32,000 bases of DNA from Corynebacterium glutamicum ATCC 13032 (GTDB lineage: Bacteria; Actinomycetota; Actinomycetes; Mycobacteriales; Mycobacteriaceae), in the NCBI RefSeq assembly GCF_000011325.1, contig NC_003450.3:150001-182000 (forward strand), given 5' to 3'. Each line of letters opens with the position of its first letter. Position 1 is the first letter of the stretch. The notes below the pieces were generated by a model. The model had not been told where the DNA came from. It did not search any database and saw nothing but the letters and a program-made list of their open reading frames with translations. The translations under genes were made by a program, and so were the position numbers. Shown here piece after piece: positions 23,365-31,683 of the stretch.

Positions 23365-25278
23365 ATGGCTGAAACGAAGAGAATGACAGTTAGCCAGGCA
23401 CTGGTTGAATTCCTTGGTCACCAGTGGACTGTCGACGGCGATATCCGCGAGCGCACCATTCCAGGCATGTTCGGAATTTTCGGACACGGAAACGTTGCTG
23501 GCATTGGCCAGGCACTCAAGCAGTACAACGTTGAACAACCTGAGCTCATGCCGTACTACCAGGCTCGTAATGAGCAGGCGATGGTGCACCAGTCTGTTGG
23601 ATATGCACGCATGCACCGCCGTCGTGGCACATACGCATCTGCCGCATCTGTTGGACCCGGCGCGACCAACCTGTTAACCGGTGCGGCTCTTGCTACCACC
23701 AACCGTTTGCCAGCGTTGCTGCTGCCTAGTGATACTTTTGCCACCCGCGTGGCGGATCCAGTGTTGCAGCAGTTGGAGCAGCCATGGGATATCGGGCTGA
23801 CGGTTAATGATGCTTTCCGCCCTGTGTCTAAGTTCTTTGATCGGGTGCAGCGCCCGGAGCAGTTGTTCTCTATTGCGTTGGCTGCGATGCGTGTGTTGAC
23901 TGATCCCGCAGAAACCGGTGCGGTCACCATTGCGCTTCCAGAAGATGTGCAGGCTGAAATGCTCGATGTGCCGGTGGAGTTCTTGCAGGATCGTGAGTGG
24001 CACATTAGGCGCCCACGTCCAGAGCGTGCTGCGTTGGCTCGTGCGATTGAAGTCATCAAAAACGCTAAGAATCCGATGATCATTGCTGGTGGCGGAGTGT
24101 TGTACTCCGATGCGGAAACGCAGCTGCAGGCACTTGTGGAGCAGACTGGCATTCCAGTGGGTACCTCCCAAGCTGGTGGTGGCGTGTTGGCGTGGGATCA
24201 TGCACAAAACTTAGGTGGTGTGGGTGCCACCGGAACGTTGGCTGCCAACCGCATTGCGGGTGATGCTGATGTGATCATCGGTATCGGTACTCGTTACAGC
24301 GATTTCACCACCGCATCTCGCACTGCGTTCCAAAACCCTGATGTCACCTTCATCAACATCAATGTTGCTTCCTTCGATGCTTACAAGCATGGCACTCAGT
24401 TGCCTGTGATTGCAGATGCACGCGAGGCAATTGTGGAGCTTGCTGAAGCCCTGCAGGGATTCACCGTGGCAGAGGATTACGCGCAGCGCATCGCGAAGGA
24501 AAAGGCTGCGTGGGACGCAGAAGTAGATAAGTCTTTTGCCCCCTCCGGTCTTGCGCTGCCTGGACAGCCGGAGATCATCGGCGCGGTGCAGGCGTCGACA
24601 AGCGAAAAAGACGTCATTGTGCAGGCCGCTGGATCCTTGCCTGGTGACCTGCACAAGCTGTGGCGTGTGCGCGATGCGCTGGGCTACCACGTGGAATATG
24701 CGTTCTCGTGCATGGGCTATGAAATCGCGGGCGGTATCGGCGCGAAGCGTGGACTTGATGCCGCAGGCGATGACCGCGACGTGGTGATCATGGTTGGTGA
24801 TGGGTCCTACCTCATGCTCAACACTGAGCTGGTCACGGCCGTGGCAGAAGGTATCAAGGTGATTGTGGTGCTCATCCAAAACCACGGTTATGCCTCCATC
24901 GGCCACCTGTCTGAAACTGTCGGTTCGCAGCGTTTTGGTACTTGGTACCGCGAATATGACGCTGAGGCGAAAAACTTCCAGGGCGAGCAGATTCTGCCTG
25001 TTGACCTGGCGATGAATGCACGCAGCTACGGCATGGATGTCATTGAAGTGGAACCAAGCGCGAATGCGATCGAGGATCTCAAAGCAGCGATGGCAACCGC
25101 GAAGGCTTCGGAGAAATCCACCTTCATCCACATCAACAGCGATCCGTTGATCTACGCACCAGACGGTGCTGGTTGGTGGGACGTGCCGGTGTCGGAGACG
25201 TCCACTCTGGATAGCACCAACGCGGCTCGTGAAGATTACCTGAAAAACCAAGCCCTCCAGCGTCCGCTGCTCGGCTAA
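23365..25278 (+). CDS. iolD: 3D-(3,5/4)-trihydroxycyclohexane-1,2-dione acylhydrolase (ThDP-dependent)
   Basis: It has the three-domain ThDP-enzyme layout. The ThDP-binding motif GDGSYLMLNTELVTA is present, along with the N-terminal FGIFGHGNV. Confidence 0.9.
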   Translation: MAETKRMTVSQALVEFLGHQWTVDGDIRERTIPGMFGIFGHGNVAGIGQALKQYNVEQPELMPYYQARNEQAMVHQSVGYARMHRRRGTYASAASVGPGATNLLTGAALATTNRLPALLLPSDTFATRVADPVLQQLEQPWDIGLTVNDAFRPVSKFFDRVQRPEQLFSIALAAMRVLTDPAETGAVTIALPEDVQAEMLDVPVEFLQDREWHIRRPRPERAALARAIEVIKNAKNPMIIAGGGVLYSDAETQLQALVEQTGIPVGTSQAGGGVLAWDHAQNLGGVGATGTLAANRIAGDADVIIGIGTRYSDFTTASRTAFQNPDVTFININVASFDAYKHGTQLPVIADAREAIVELAEALQGFTVAEDYAQRIAKEKAAWDAEVDKSFAPSGLALPGQPEIIGAVQASTSEKDVIVQAAGSLPGDLHKLWRVRDALGYHVEYAFSCMGYEIAGGIGAKRGLDAAGDDRDVVIMVGDGSYLMLNTELVTAVAEGIKVIVVLIQNHGYASIGHLSETVGSQRFGTWYREYDAEAKNFQGEQILPVDLAMNARSYGMDVIEVEPSANAIEDLKAAMATAKASEKSTFIHINSDPLIYAPDGAGWWDVPVSETSTLDSTNAAREDYLKNQALQRPLLG

Positions 25279-25318
25279 ACCAGTTGGCTAAACCAAAACG
25301 TATTTAAGGAGAAACACC

Positions 25319-26275
25319 ATGACCACTTCTGTACCTGCATCCACCAAAGCTTCATCTGTGGCTGGCGAAAACCCAGGCCTGCGCATCGGCACCGCACCTG
25401 ACTCGTGGGGCGTGTGGTTCCCAGAGGATCCAAAGCAGATCCCTTGGGAGCGTTTCCTCGACGAGGTCGTCAAAGCTGGCTACACCTGGATCGAGCTTGG
25501 CCCATACGGCTACCTGCCAACCGATGCCAACCAGCTTGAAGATGAACTGGGCAAGCGCGGCCTGAAGCTGTCCGCTGGCACCGTGTTCACCGGATTCCAC
25601 AAGGGTGAAGAGCAGTGGAAGCGCGCCTGGGATCAGGCTCTCGACGTTGCTGGTCTTGCTTCCAAGCTGGGTGCTGAGCACCTCGTTGTTATCCCTGACC
25701 TGTGGCGCTCCGACGCAACCAGCGAAGTACTGGAAGCTCGCACCCTTGATGATGAGAAGTGGGCAAAGCTTGCCGCCGGTCACGACCGCCTGGGCAAGGC
25801 GCTGCTGGAAGAGTTCGGCATGAAGCAGCAGTTCCACTCCCACGCTGACAGCCACATCGGCACCACCCGCGAAGTACTGCGTTTCCTGGAAGAAACCGAT
25901 GCGCGCTACACCAACCTCTGCCTCGACACCGGCCACTTCGCCTACTACGGCGGCGACAACGTCAAGCTCATTGAGCAGCACCCAGAGCGCATCGGTTACC
26001 TGCACCTCAAGCAGGTCGATCCGACTTTGCTTTTCGACGTACTAAAGAACGACACCCCATTTGCCGAAGCCGTAGCCCAAGGCATCATGATCGAACCACC
26101 ACACGGCATCCCAGACTTGGCCCCAATCATCGAAGCTGTCTCCAAGATCGACTCCGAGATCTTCGCCATCGTGGAACAAGACATGTACGGCTGCGACATC
26201 GATTACCCATTCCCAATCGCTGAGCGCACCCGCAAGCACATCTTCGGCTGCACCCACTTCGCACGCGTCAACTAA
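25319..26275 (+). CDS. iolE: Inosose (2-keto-myo-inositol) dehydratase, xylose-isomerase-like TIM barrel
   Basis: The LRIGTAPDSWGVWF N-terminus and TIM-barrel metal-site patterns (HSHADSH, LCLDTGH, VEQD) match what is expected for IolE. The operon position is also consistent. AAGGAGA lies upstream of the ATG. Confidence 0.85.
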   Translation: MTTSVPASTKASSVAGENPGLRIGTAPDSWGVWFPEDPKQIPWERFLDEVVKAGYTWIELGPYGYLPTDANQLEDELGKRGLKLSAGTVFTGFHKGEEQWKRAWDQALDVAGLASKLGAEHLVVIPDLWRSDATSEVLEARTLDDEKWAKLAAGHDRLGKALLEEFGMKQQFHSHADSHIGTTREVLRFLEETDARYTNLCLDTGHFAYYGGDNVKLIEQHPERIGYLHLKQVDPTLLFDVLKNDTPFAEAVAQGIMIEPPHGIPDLAPIIEAVSKIDSEIFAIVEQDMYGCDIDYPFPIAERTRKHIFGCTHFARVN

Positions 26276-26307
26276 CCACTTAAATCATCTCAAGGAGTAC
26301 AAAAATT

Positions 26308-27321
26308 ATGAGCAAGAGCCTTCGCGTTGGAGTTGTCGGTGCAGGAGCCATGGGTGCTGACCACATCGATCGCATCAACAACCGCACCTCTGGTGCACAC
26401 ATCTCTGCCATTATTGAGCCCGACGCAGCACGTGCCGCTGCAGCTGCAGAAGACGCGCCGGGTGCACAGGCCTTCACTCGCATTGAAGATGCTATCGCAG
26501 CCGATGCTGTCGACGCAGTGCTGATCGCCGTACCAGGTCAGTTCCATGAGCCAGTACTTGTCCCAGCACTAGAAGCAGGCCTTCCCATCCTGTGTGAAAA
26601 GCCACTGACCCCAGATTCTGAATCCTCACTGCGCATCGTCGAGCTGGAGCAGAAGCTGGACAAGCCACACATCCAGGTTGGTTTCATGCGCCGCTTCGAC
26701 CCTGAGTACAACAACTTGCGCAAATTGGTGGAATCCGGCGAAGCTGGCGAACTGCTCATGCTCCGCGGCCTGCACCGCAACCCAAGTGTTGGTGAGAGCT
26801 ACACCCAGTCCATGCTGATCACCGACTCCGTCGTCCACGAATTCGATGTCATCCCATGGCTCGCAGGCTCCCGAGTTGTCTCCGTTGAAGTGAAGTACCC
26901 AAAGACCTCCTCACTGGCGCACTCCGGCCTCAAGGAACCAATCCTGGTGATCATGGAGCTCGAAAACGGCGTGCTTGTCGACGTAGAGATGAACGTAAAC
27001 ATTCAATTCGGATACCAGGTAGCAACCGAAGCGGTCTTTGAAAAGGGACTTGCCCGCATCGGCCAGCCATCCGGAATGCAGCGCTGGCGCGACGGTGAAT
27101 TCCTGATCAACGAACACACCGATTTCACCACCCGTTTCGCTACCGCCTACGACCGCCAGATCCAGAGCTGGGTCGACGCAGTCCACGAAGGCACCCTGGT
27201 CGCAGGCCCTAACGCATGGGATGGTTACCTGGTTGCACTGTCATGCGAAGCTGGTGTCAAGGCACTCGACGGCGGCGTCATCCCAGTTGATGCGGCACCT
27301 CGCCCAGATTTCTACGCTTAA
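26308..27321 (+). CDS. iolG: myo-Inositol 2-dehydrogenase (Gfo/Idh/MocA family)
   Basis: It has the Rossmann N-terminus LRVGVVGAGAMGADH, the EKP motif (LCEKPL) and an IolG-like C-terminal domain. AAGGAG lies upstream of the ATG. Confidence 0.85.
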   Translation: MSKSLRVGVVGAGAMGADHIDRINNRTSGAHISAIIEPDAARAAAAAEDAPGAQAFTRIEDAIAADAVDAVLIAVPGQFHEPVLVPALEAGLPILCEKPLTPDSESSLRIVELEQKLDKPHIQVGFMRRFDPEYNNLRKLVESGEAGELLMLRGLHRNPSVGESYTQSMLITDSVVHEFDVIPWLAGSRVVSVEVKYPKTSSLAHSGLKEPILVIMELENGVLVDVEMNVNIQFGYQVATEAVFEKGLARIGQPSGMQRWRDGEFLINEHTDFTTRFATAYDRQIQSWVDAVHEGTLVAGPNAWDGYLVALSCEAGVKALDGGVIPVDAAPRPDFYA

Positions 27322-27333
27322 GGAGTTTTGAAC

Positions 27334-28206
27334 GTGGTTCGTATTGCTCTTGATCCCACCCCCTTCCACCATGATTACGATCTGTTGGATTTCCCCGACG
27401 TCACCGCACGTTTGGGGTATGAATACATGCAGCTGACCCCTCATGTAGATTTCGGTCCTTTCTTCCGCCACCCCAAGGCAGACGATGATCTCGTGGCAGC
27501 CCTGAAAAAGCGTGCCAAGGATGCCGGAGTCACCATTCCTGCACTGTTGCCAGTGCAGCGTATTTCCTGGCCGGAGGAAACCCAGCGTGTTGCAGCAGTA
27601 CGCAACATCAAGCGCATCATCCAGTTGGCCGTTGATCTGGAAGTAGACACCCTCAACACGGAGTTTTCTGGACGCCCAGAACGCTCCGAGGATTCCGAAG
27701 ATGCCTTCTACCGCTCCATGGAAGAACTCCTGCCAATCCTGGAAAAAGAGGGCATCAAGTTCAACATCGACCCACACCCTGATGATTTCGTGGAAAACGG
27801 TATTGAAGCATGGCGAGTCATCCGCGGTCTGAACTCCAAGCAGGTGGGCTTTGTTTACGTGGCACCTCACTCATTCCACATGGGTGATCAGGCTGAGGCA
27901 ATCCTGCCAGCAGTAGGCGATCGCCTTGGGGCTGTGTACCTGTCAGATACCTTCGACCACCACAAATCCCACGGCCTGCGCTACATCACTAACCCTCCAG
28001 GCAACGCAGTGCGCGTGCACCAGCACCTAAAAATCGGTGATGGCGATGTGAACTTTGAAGAGATCTTCTCACTGCTGCGCTCTACCGGTTACCTTGACCG
28101 TGAAGATGCACTGTTGGTCTCCAACGTGTTTGCAGAAGATGAAGCAGCAGATGAAGTATCCCGCTACCAGCTGGAGAAAATCCGCTCACTCATCGAAAAC
28201 GCATAG
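27334..28206 (+). CDS. iolH: Sugar-phosphate isomerase/epimerase family TIM-barrel protein (IolH)
   Basis: This is track ORF 27328..28206. GTG 27334 is preferred because AAGGAG at 27320-27325 lies 8 nt upstream. It has the xylose-isomerase-like fold. The position after iolG matches the cluster order as I recall it. Confidence 0.75.
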   Translation: MVRIALDPTPFHHDYDLLDFPDVTARLGYEYMQLTPHVDFGPFFRHPKADDDLVAALKKRAKDAGVTIPALLPVQRISWPEETQRVAAVRNIKRIIQLAVDLEVDTLNTEFSGRPERSEDSEDAFYRSMEELLPILEKEGIKFNIDPHPDDFVENGIEAWRVIRGLNSKQVGFVYVAPHSFHMGDQAEAILPAVGDRLGAVYLSDTFDHHKSHGLRYITNPPGNAVRVHQHLKIGDGDVNFEEIFSLLRSTGYLDREDALLVSNVFAEDEAADEVSRYQLEKIRSLIENA

Positions 28207-28224
28207 AGTTATCTCGAAACTACC

Positions 28225-28268
28225 AAGACGGTTTCTTTTCTTTAGATCTAAGGAGGAGAGACCGTCTT
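28225..28268 (+). other. Hairpin between iolH and the MFS gene with an SD-like AAGGAGGAG in its loop
   Basis: AAGACGGTTTCT (28225-28236) pairs with AGAGACCGTCTT (28257-28268) at 11 of 12 positions. The 20-nt loop contains CTAAGGAGG. Only a short T-rich stretch follows, so it would be a weak terminator at best. Confidence 0.35.
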
Positions 28269-28299
28269 TCACCCTTTCATCTGATTGGACATCGACGCC

Positions 28300-29661
28300 A
28301 TGCGCAATGATCGGTCCTTTAGCGTTCCCATTGCGCTACTTGCCGCGGGAGCACTGTTTCTAGAAATCCTCGACGGCACCATCCTGACAACCGCAGTGCC
28401 AGCTATTGCTCGTGACTTCGGTATTGACGCCGTGGATGTCAGCATTGCACTGGTTGCTTACTTGGCAGCCGCAGCAGCTGGCATTCCGGCTGCAGGGTGG
28501 CTAGCGGATCGATTTGGTGTGCGCAAAGTCCTGTTGCTGGCTTTAGCGGTGTTTACTGCAGCCTCCTTGGTTTGTGCAGTGGCGCCGGGGCTGACTGTGC
28601 TTACCGGTGCTCGCGTTATCCAAGGTCTTGGTGGTGCACTACTCGTCCCAGTCGGGCGATTAGCAGTAATCCGGGGAACGGATCCCAAAGATCTCCTTGA
28701 TGCCATCGCGTTTTTAACCTGGCCAGCTCTGGTTGCCCCAGTGATCGCCCCACTTCTGGGAGGTCTTCTTGCCGATACCATTGGTTGGCGATGGATCTTC
28801 CTCCTCAACGTGCCCTTAGGAATCATCGCGATCATTGCTGGACTATTCATCCTGCCCAAGAACACTGCCGTGAATGTGAAACGATTTGATCTTCCAGGTT
28901 TCCTCGGCGCAATGCTGGTGATGGTGGCGCTGACCGTGGCTGCGGAGTTAATTTCCAGGGGAAGTTCGGCTGAACTTACTATCGCTGCATGCCTCGTCTT
29001 AAGTGCTGCGGTGGTATGCGGTTTTGTAGTGCGCTGGCTGCGAGTTCCAGGCCGACTTTTTGATCTCAGCATCATGCGCATCCCAGGTTTCCGAGTGGGT
29101 AATTCCTCCGGAAGTATCTACCGCTTGGTAATCACCGCAGCACCATTCATGTTCACTTTGCTCTTCCAAGTGGCGTTTGGGTGGTCTGCAACATTAGCGG
29201 GTGCCATGGTGGTCGCACTATTCGCAGGCAACGTGGCAATCAAACCTTTCACCACGCCGATCATTAAACGCTGGAATTTCAAACCAGTACTGGTCTTTTC
29301 TAACGCTGCTGGCGCCTTGGTATTGGCAACTTTTTTGTTCGTTCGTGCAGATACCCCACTGGTTCTCATCGTGCTGCTGCTCTTTGTTTCGGGCGCATTA
29401 AGGTCCCTCGGTTTCAGCGCCTACAACACCTTGCAGTTTGTCGATATCTCACCAGAACAAACCAGCAACGCCAACGTGTTATCAGCAACCCTGCACCAAC
29501 TAGGCATGTCTTTGGGTATTGCGGTAGCAGTCATCGCCATGTCCCTTGCACCCACCGCCAACTGGGCATTCCCACTGGCAGCAGCGTTGTTCCTCATTCC
29601 TCTAATCGGCGCACTATCTTTGCCTCGCGACGGCGGTGCCCGAGCCTTTTCCTCCTCTTAG
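28300..29661 (+). CDS. MFS transporter (drug:H+ antiporter-like, EmrB/DHA2-type)
   Basis: It has many TM segments, the MFS motif GWLADRFGVRKVLL, and VIQGLGGALLVP. The start is either TTG 28285 or ATG 28300, and neither has a nearby SD. The substrate is unknown. Confidence 0.8.
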   Translation: MRNDRSFSVPIALLAAGALFLEILDGTILTTAVPAIARDFGIDAVDVSIALVAYLAAAAAGIPAAGWLADRFGVRKVLLLALAVFTAASLVCAVAPGLTVLTGARVIQGLGGALLVPVGRLAVIRGTDPKDLLDAIAFLTWPALVAPVIAPLLGGLLADTIGWRWIFLLNVPLGIIAIIAGLFILPKNTAVNVKRFDLPGFLGAMLVMVALTVAAELISRGSSAELTIAACLVLSAAVVCGFVVRWLRVPGRLFDLSIMRIPGFRVGNSSGSIYRLVITAAPFMFTLLFQVAFGWSATLAGAMVVALFAGNVAIKPFTTPIIKRWNFKPVLVFSNAAGALVLATFLFVRADTPLVLIVLLLFVSGALRSLGFSAYNTLQFVDISPEQTSNANVLSATLHQLGMSLGIAVAVIAMSLAPTANWAFPLAAALFLIPLIGALSLPRDGGARAFSSS

Positions 29662-29688
29662 AAACCCACTTCTGAAAGGTATAAAAAC

Positions 29689-30714
29689 ATGACTATTCGA
29701 ATCGGACTCGTTGGCTACGGTGTCGGCGGCAGGCTCTTTCACACCCCTTACATCCAAGCTTCTACGCACTGCGAATTAGTAGGCGTAGTTGCTCGTTCCG
29801 AAGGCACCAAAGCAGCCGTTGCAGAAGATCTTCCAGATGTTGCCATCGTGGGATCGCTGACAGAACTCCTCGAACTGGGCGTCGATGCAGTGGTGATCTC
29901 CACCCCTCCAGCCACGCGCCGGGAACTGGCCTTGGAAGCAATCAACGCAGGTGTCGCAGTGGTTGCCGATAAACCGTTTGCACCATCAGCCGCAGATGCC
30001 ATGGAACTTGTCGAAGCCGCCGAAAAGGCTGGAGTGCTGCTCAACGTCTTCCACAACAGGCGCAACGACACCCACATTGTCACGGCACTGGGAATCCAAG
30101 AAGAACTTGGTGCGATGCGTGGACTGGACCTGCGACTAGACCTGATCGAACCTGATTCCTTGGAGGCAGGTCCTGAAGGTGGTTTGCTGCGCGATCTGGG
30201 CTCACACGTAGTCGATCAGACCCTGGTTCTCATGGGGCCGGCTACCTCTGTCACCGCCCAACTTGGATCCATCGACCTTCCAGAAGGCCCAACCAACGCA
30301 AGGTTCCGCATCGTGTTGGAACATGAATCGGGCGCCGTATCGCACATTTCTGCCAGCAAGATTGACCGCTTGGAGTCCTGGGAAATCCGCTTGGTGGGCG
30401 AGCGCGGCTCCTACGTATCCAACTACACCGACGTGCAGACCGTGGCGATCAAACAGGGACTTCGACCAACCAATGACCGCGAACACTGGGGCTACGAATC
30501 GGAGGAGCGGTGGGGCACCTTGGTTACCGATGAAGGCTCAAAGGTGATTCCTTCAGCACAAGGCGATTACACCCGCTTCTACGATGCCTTTGCCTTGGCT
30601 GTGGAAAACGGTGGCGCAGGGCCGGTGCCTGCACGTGAAGGTGTTGCAGTGCTCAAGGTGTTGGATGCTGTAGCCCAGAGCGCTGCGGAAAAACGCACCA
30701 TTGAGTTGAGCTAA
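29689..30714 (+). CDS. oxiA: Gfo/Idh/MocA family oxidoreductase (probable inositol dehydrogenase paralog; oxiA, and I believe later called iolW, in C. glutamicum)
   Basis: It has the Rossmann N-terminus IRIGLVGYGVGGRLFH, ADKPF in place of the EKP motif, and a Gfo/Idh/MocA C-terminal domain. The gene name is from memory of the C. glutamicum cluster. Confidence 0.75.
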   Translation: MTIRIGLVGYGVGGRLFHTPYIQASTHCELVGVVARSEGTKAAVAEDLPDVAIVGSLTELLELGVDAVVISTPPATRRELALEAINAGVAVVADKPFAPSAADAMELVEAAEKAGVLLNVFHNRRNDTHIVTALGIQEELGAMRGLDLRLDLIEPDSLEAGPEGGLLRDLGSHVVDQTLVLMGPATSVTAQLGSIDLPEGPTNARFRIVLEHESGAVSHISASKIDRLESWEIRLVGERGSYVSNYTDVQTVAIKQGLRPTNDREHWGYESEERWGTLVTDEGSKVIPSAQGDYTRFYDAFALAVENGGAGPVPAREGVAVLKVLDAVAQSAAEKRTIELS

Positions 30715-30811
30715 GGAGAAGTGCTGCTGGCTGCTAGCGGTAATTAGACGTCTGTCTCTAGGGATGCCGCATCCCGCCGGCGCTCCTAGAGTCCGTTTGT
30801 AAAACCTAGAA

Positions 30812-30831
30812 TTCCGAATACGTTCCGAATA
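30812..30831 (+). promoter_or_regulatory. Tandem direct repeat TTCCGAATA x2 just upstream of the antitoxin-like gene (candidate operator)
   Basis: TTCCGAATA occurs at 30812-30820 and again at 30823-30831, an 11-bp period. The repeats end 11 nt before ATG 30842. A related CTAGAnTCCG element precedes them at 30786-30795 and 30806-30816. Confidence 0.4.
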
Positions 30832-30841
30832 GGGTGGGGGT

Positions 30842-31300
30842 ATGAGTAAGATAGTTGATCTGCGCTATGGGACCCGGCGTTCCTCGGAGTTGAGCAAACG
30901 CTCTGCTGAAGTCTTTGCCGAAGCTGAAGAACATCCCATTACTGTGACACGTCGTGATGGTGAAGCGTTGGTATTGATGTCGCAGCGCGAAGCTGACGGG
31001 CGAGCCCGCCTGCTGGAGTTGGCTGCACAGTTAATTACTGTGGCCACTGATCATCAGGGCACGTTAGCCGAACGTATGGCGAAAGTATTCCCGTGGATGC
31101 TGGCCCTGTCAGTGGCGGATCGTGAGGCGTGTGCCCGTGAGATTCTTGACGCTGCACGAGCATCGTTTGCAACCGAACAACCTCACCTCGCTCTTACTGA
31201 ACTGACCTCATGGAAAGAAACAGCAGCAGCTGTTGCTGCTGGATTGAGTAACACTGATCTGCAGTGGTACGACGATCCGCATCTGGTGGAGCGTCCCTAA
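30842..31300 (+). CDS. Phd/YefM-like antitoxin candidate with a long C-terminal extension
   Basis: The N-terminal 50 aa (ELSKRSAEVFAEAEEHPITVTRRDGEALVLMSQREADG) follow the Phd/YefM pattern. That pattern is a helix, then a conserved xVxITRRGxxxxVLxS strand pair. At 152 aa it is longer than typical antitoxins. It is directly followed by a RelE-like ORF. Confidence 0.5.
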   Translation: MSKIVDLRYGTRRSSELSKRSAEVFAEAEEHPITVTRRDGEALVLMSQREADGRARLLELAAQLITVATDHQGTLAERMAKVFPWMLALSVADREACAREILDAARASFATEQPHLALTELTSWKETAAAVAAGLSNTDLQWYDDPHLVERP

Positions 31301-31302
31301 GC

Positions 31303-31650
31303 GTGGCTGGAAAGAAAAGCGAGTTAGTTCCTCGCCCGCGCAAGAAAAACGAATTCGAAAGCCGCTTTGCTACCACTCACGCAGCAAAAGGGTGGCGAGA
31401 TTTAGTGGCAAGCATCCGTAACCCCATGGCAGAGACGTGGGATTTTTTGACCGTGACGCCGCTGTTGACCACGCCGACGAACTACCGACTTAAAGGTGAA
31501 TTGGGTATCGTTCACCATAATGGGAAGGCGCATGATCGGTGGCAACATAAATCTACTGCGAAAGGGTCTGCTCGAATCTGGTTTTATGTTGAGAAGAACA
31601 CTGTGTTCCTCGAGCAGGTCCATACCCATCATCCTAATGAGACGAAGTAA
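31303..31650 (+). CDS. RelE/ParE-superfamily toxin candidate
   Basis: This is track ORF 31264..31650 trimmed to GTG 31303, 2 nt after the upstream stop. The layout is FESRFATTHAAKGWRDL...WDFLTVTP...YRLKGEL...ARIWFYVEKNTVFLEQVHTHHPNETK. This matches the RelE/ParE pattern of a beta strand, two helices, LKG, and an xRIxYxVxxxxVxIxxVxxH ending. Confidence 0.45.
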   Translation: MAGKKSELVPRPRKKNEFESRFATTHAAKGWRDLVASIRNPMAETWDFLTVTPLLTTPTNYRLKGELGIVHHNGKAHDRWQHKSTAKGSARIWFYVEKNTVFLEQVHTHHPNETK

Positions 31651-31662
31651 TCCCTCATTAGG
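31633..31662. terminator. Hairpin spanning the toxin-like gene stop, between convergent genes
   Basis: CCTAATGAG (31633-31641) pairs perfectly with CTCATTAGG (31654-31662), with a 12-nt loop that contains the TAA stop. There is no clear U-run, so its function as a terminator is uncertain. Confidence 0.3.
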
Positions 31663-31683
31663 AAGTCCAAGTATTTGGGGTAG

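Noticed and set aside
24211-25251. 346-aa minus-strand ORF inside iolD
   Set aside because: It is antisense to a ThDP enzyme gene with an intact GDGSYLM motif. It has no SD and its composition is implausible (Arg/His/Val-rich).
30755-30791. CTCTAGG ... CCTAGAG outer inverted repeat around the GGGATG-CCG-CATCCC hairpin, considered as the terminator of the oxidoreductase gene
   Set aside because: The stem is short and interrupted and no U-run follows. I mention it under the toxin-antitoxin finding but do not call it a terminator.
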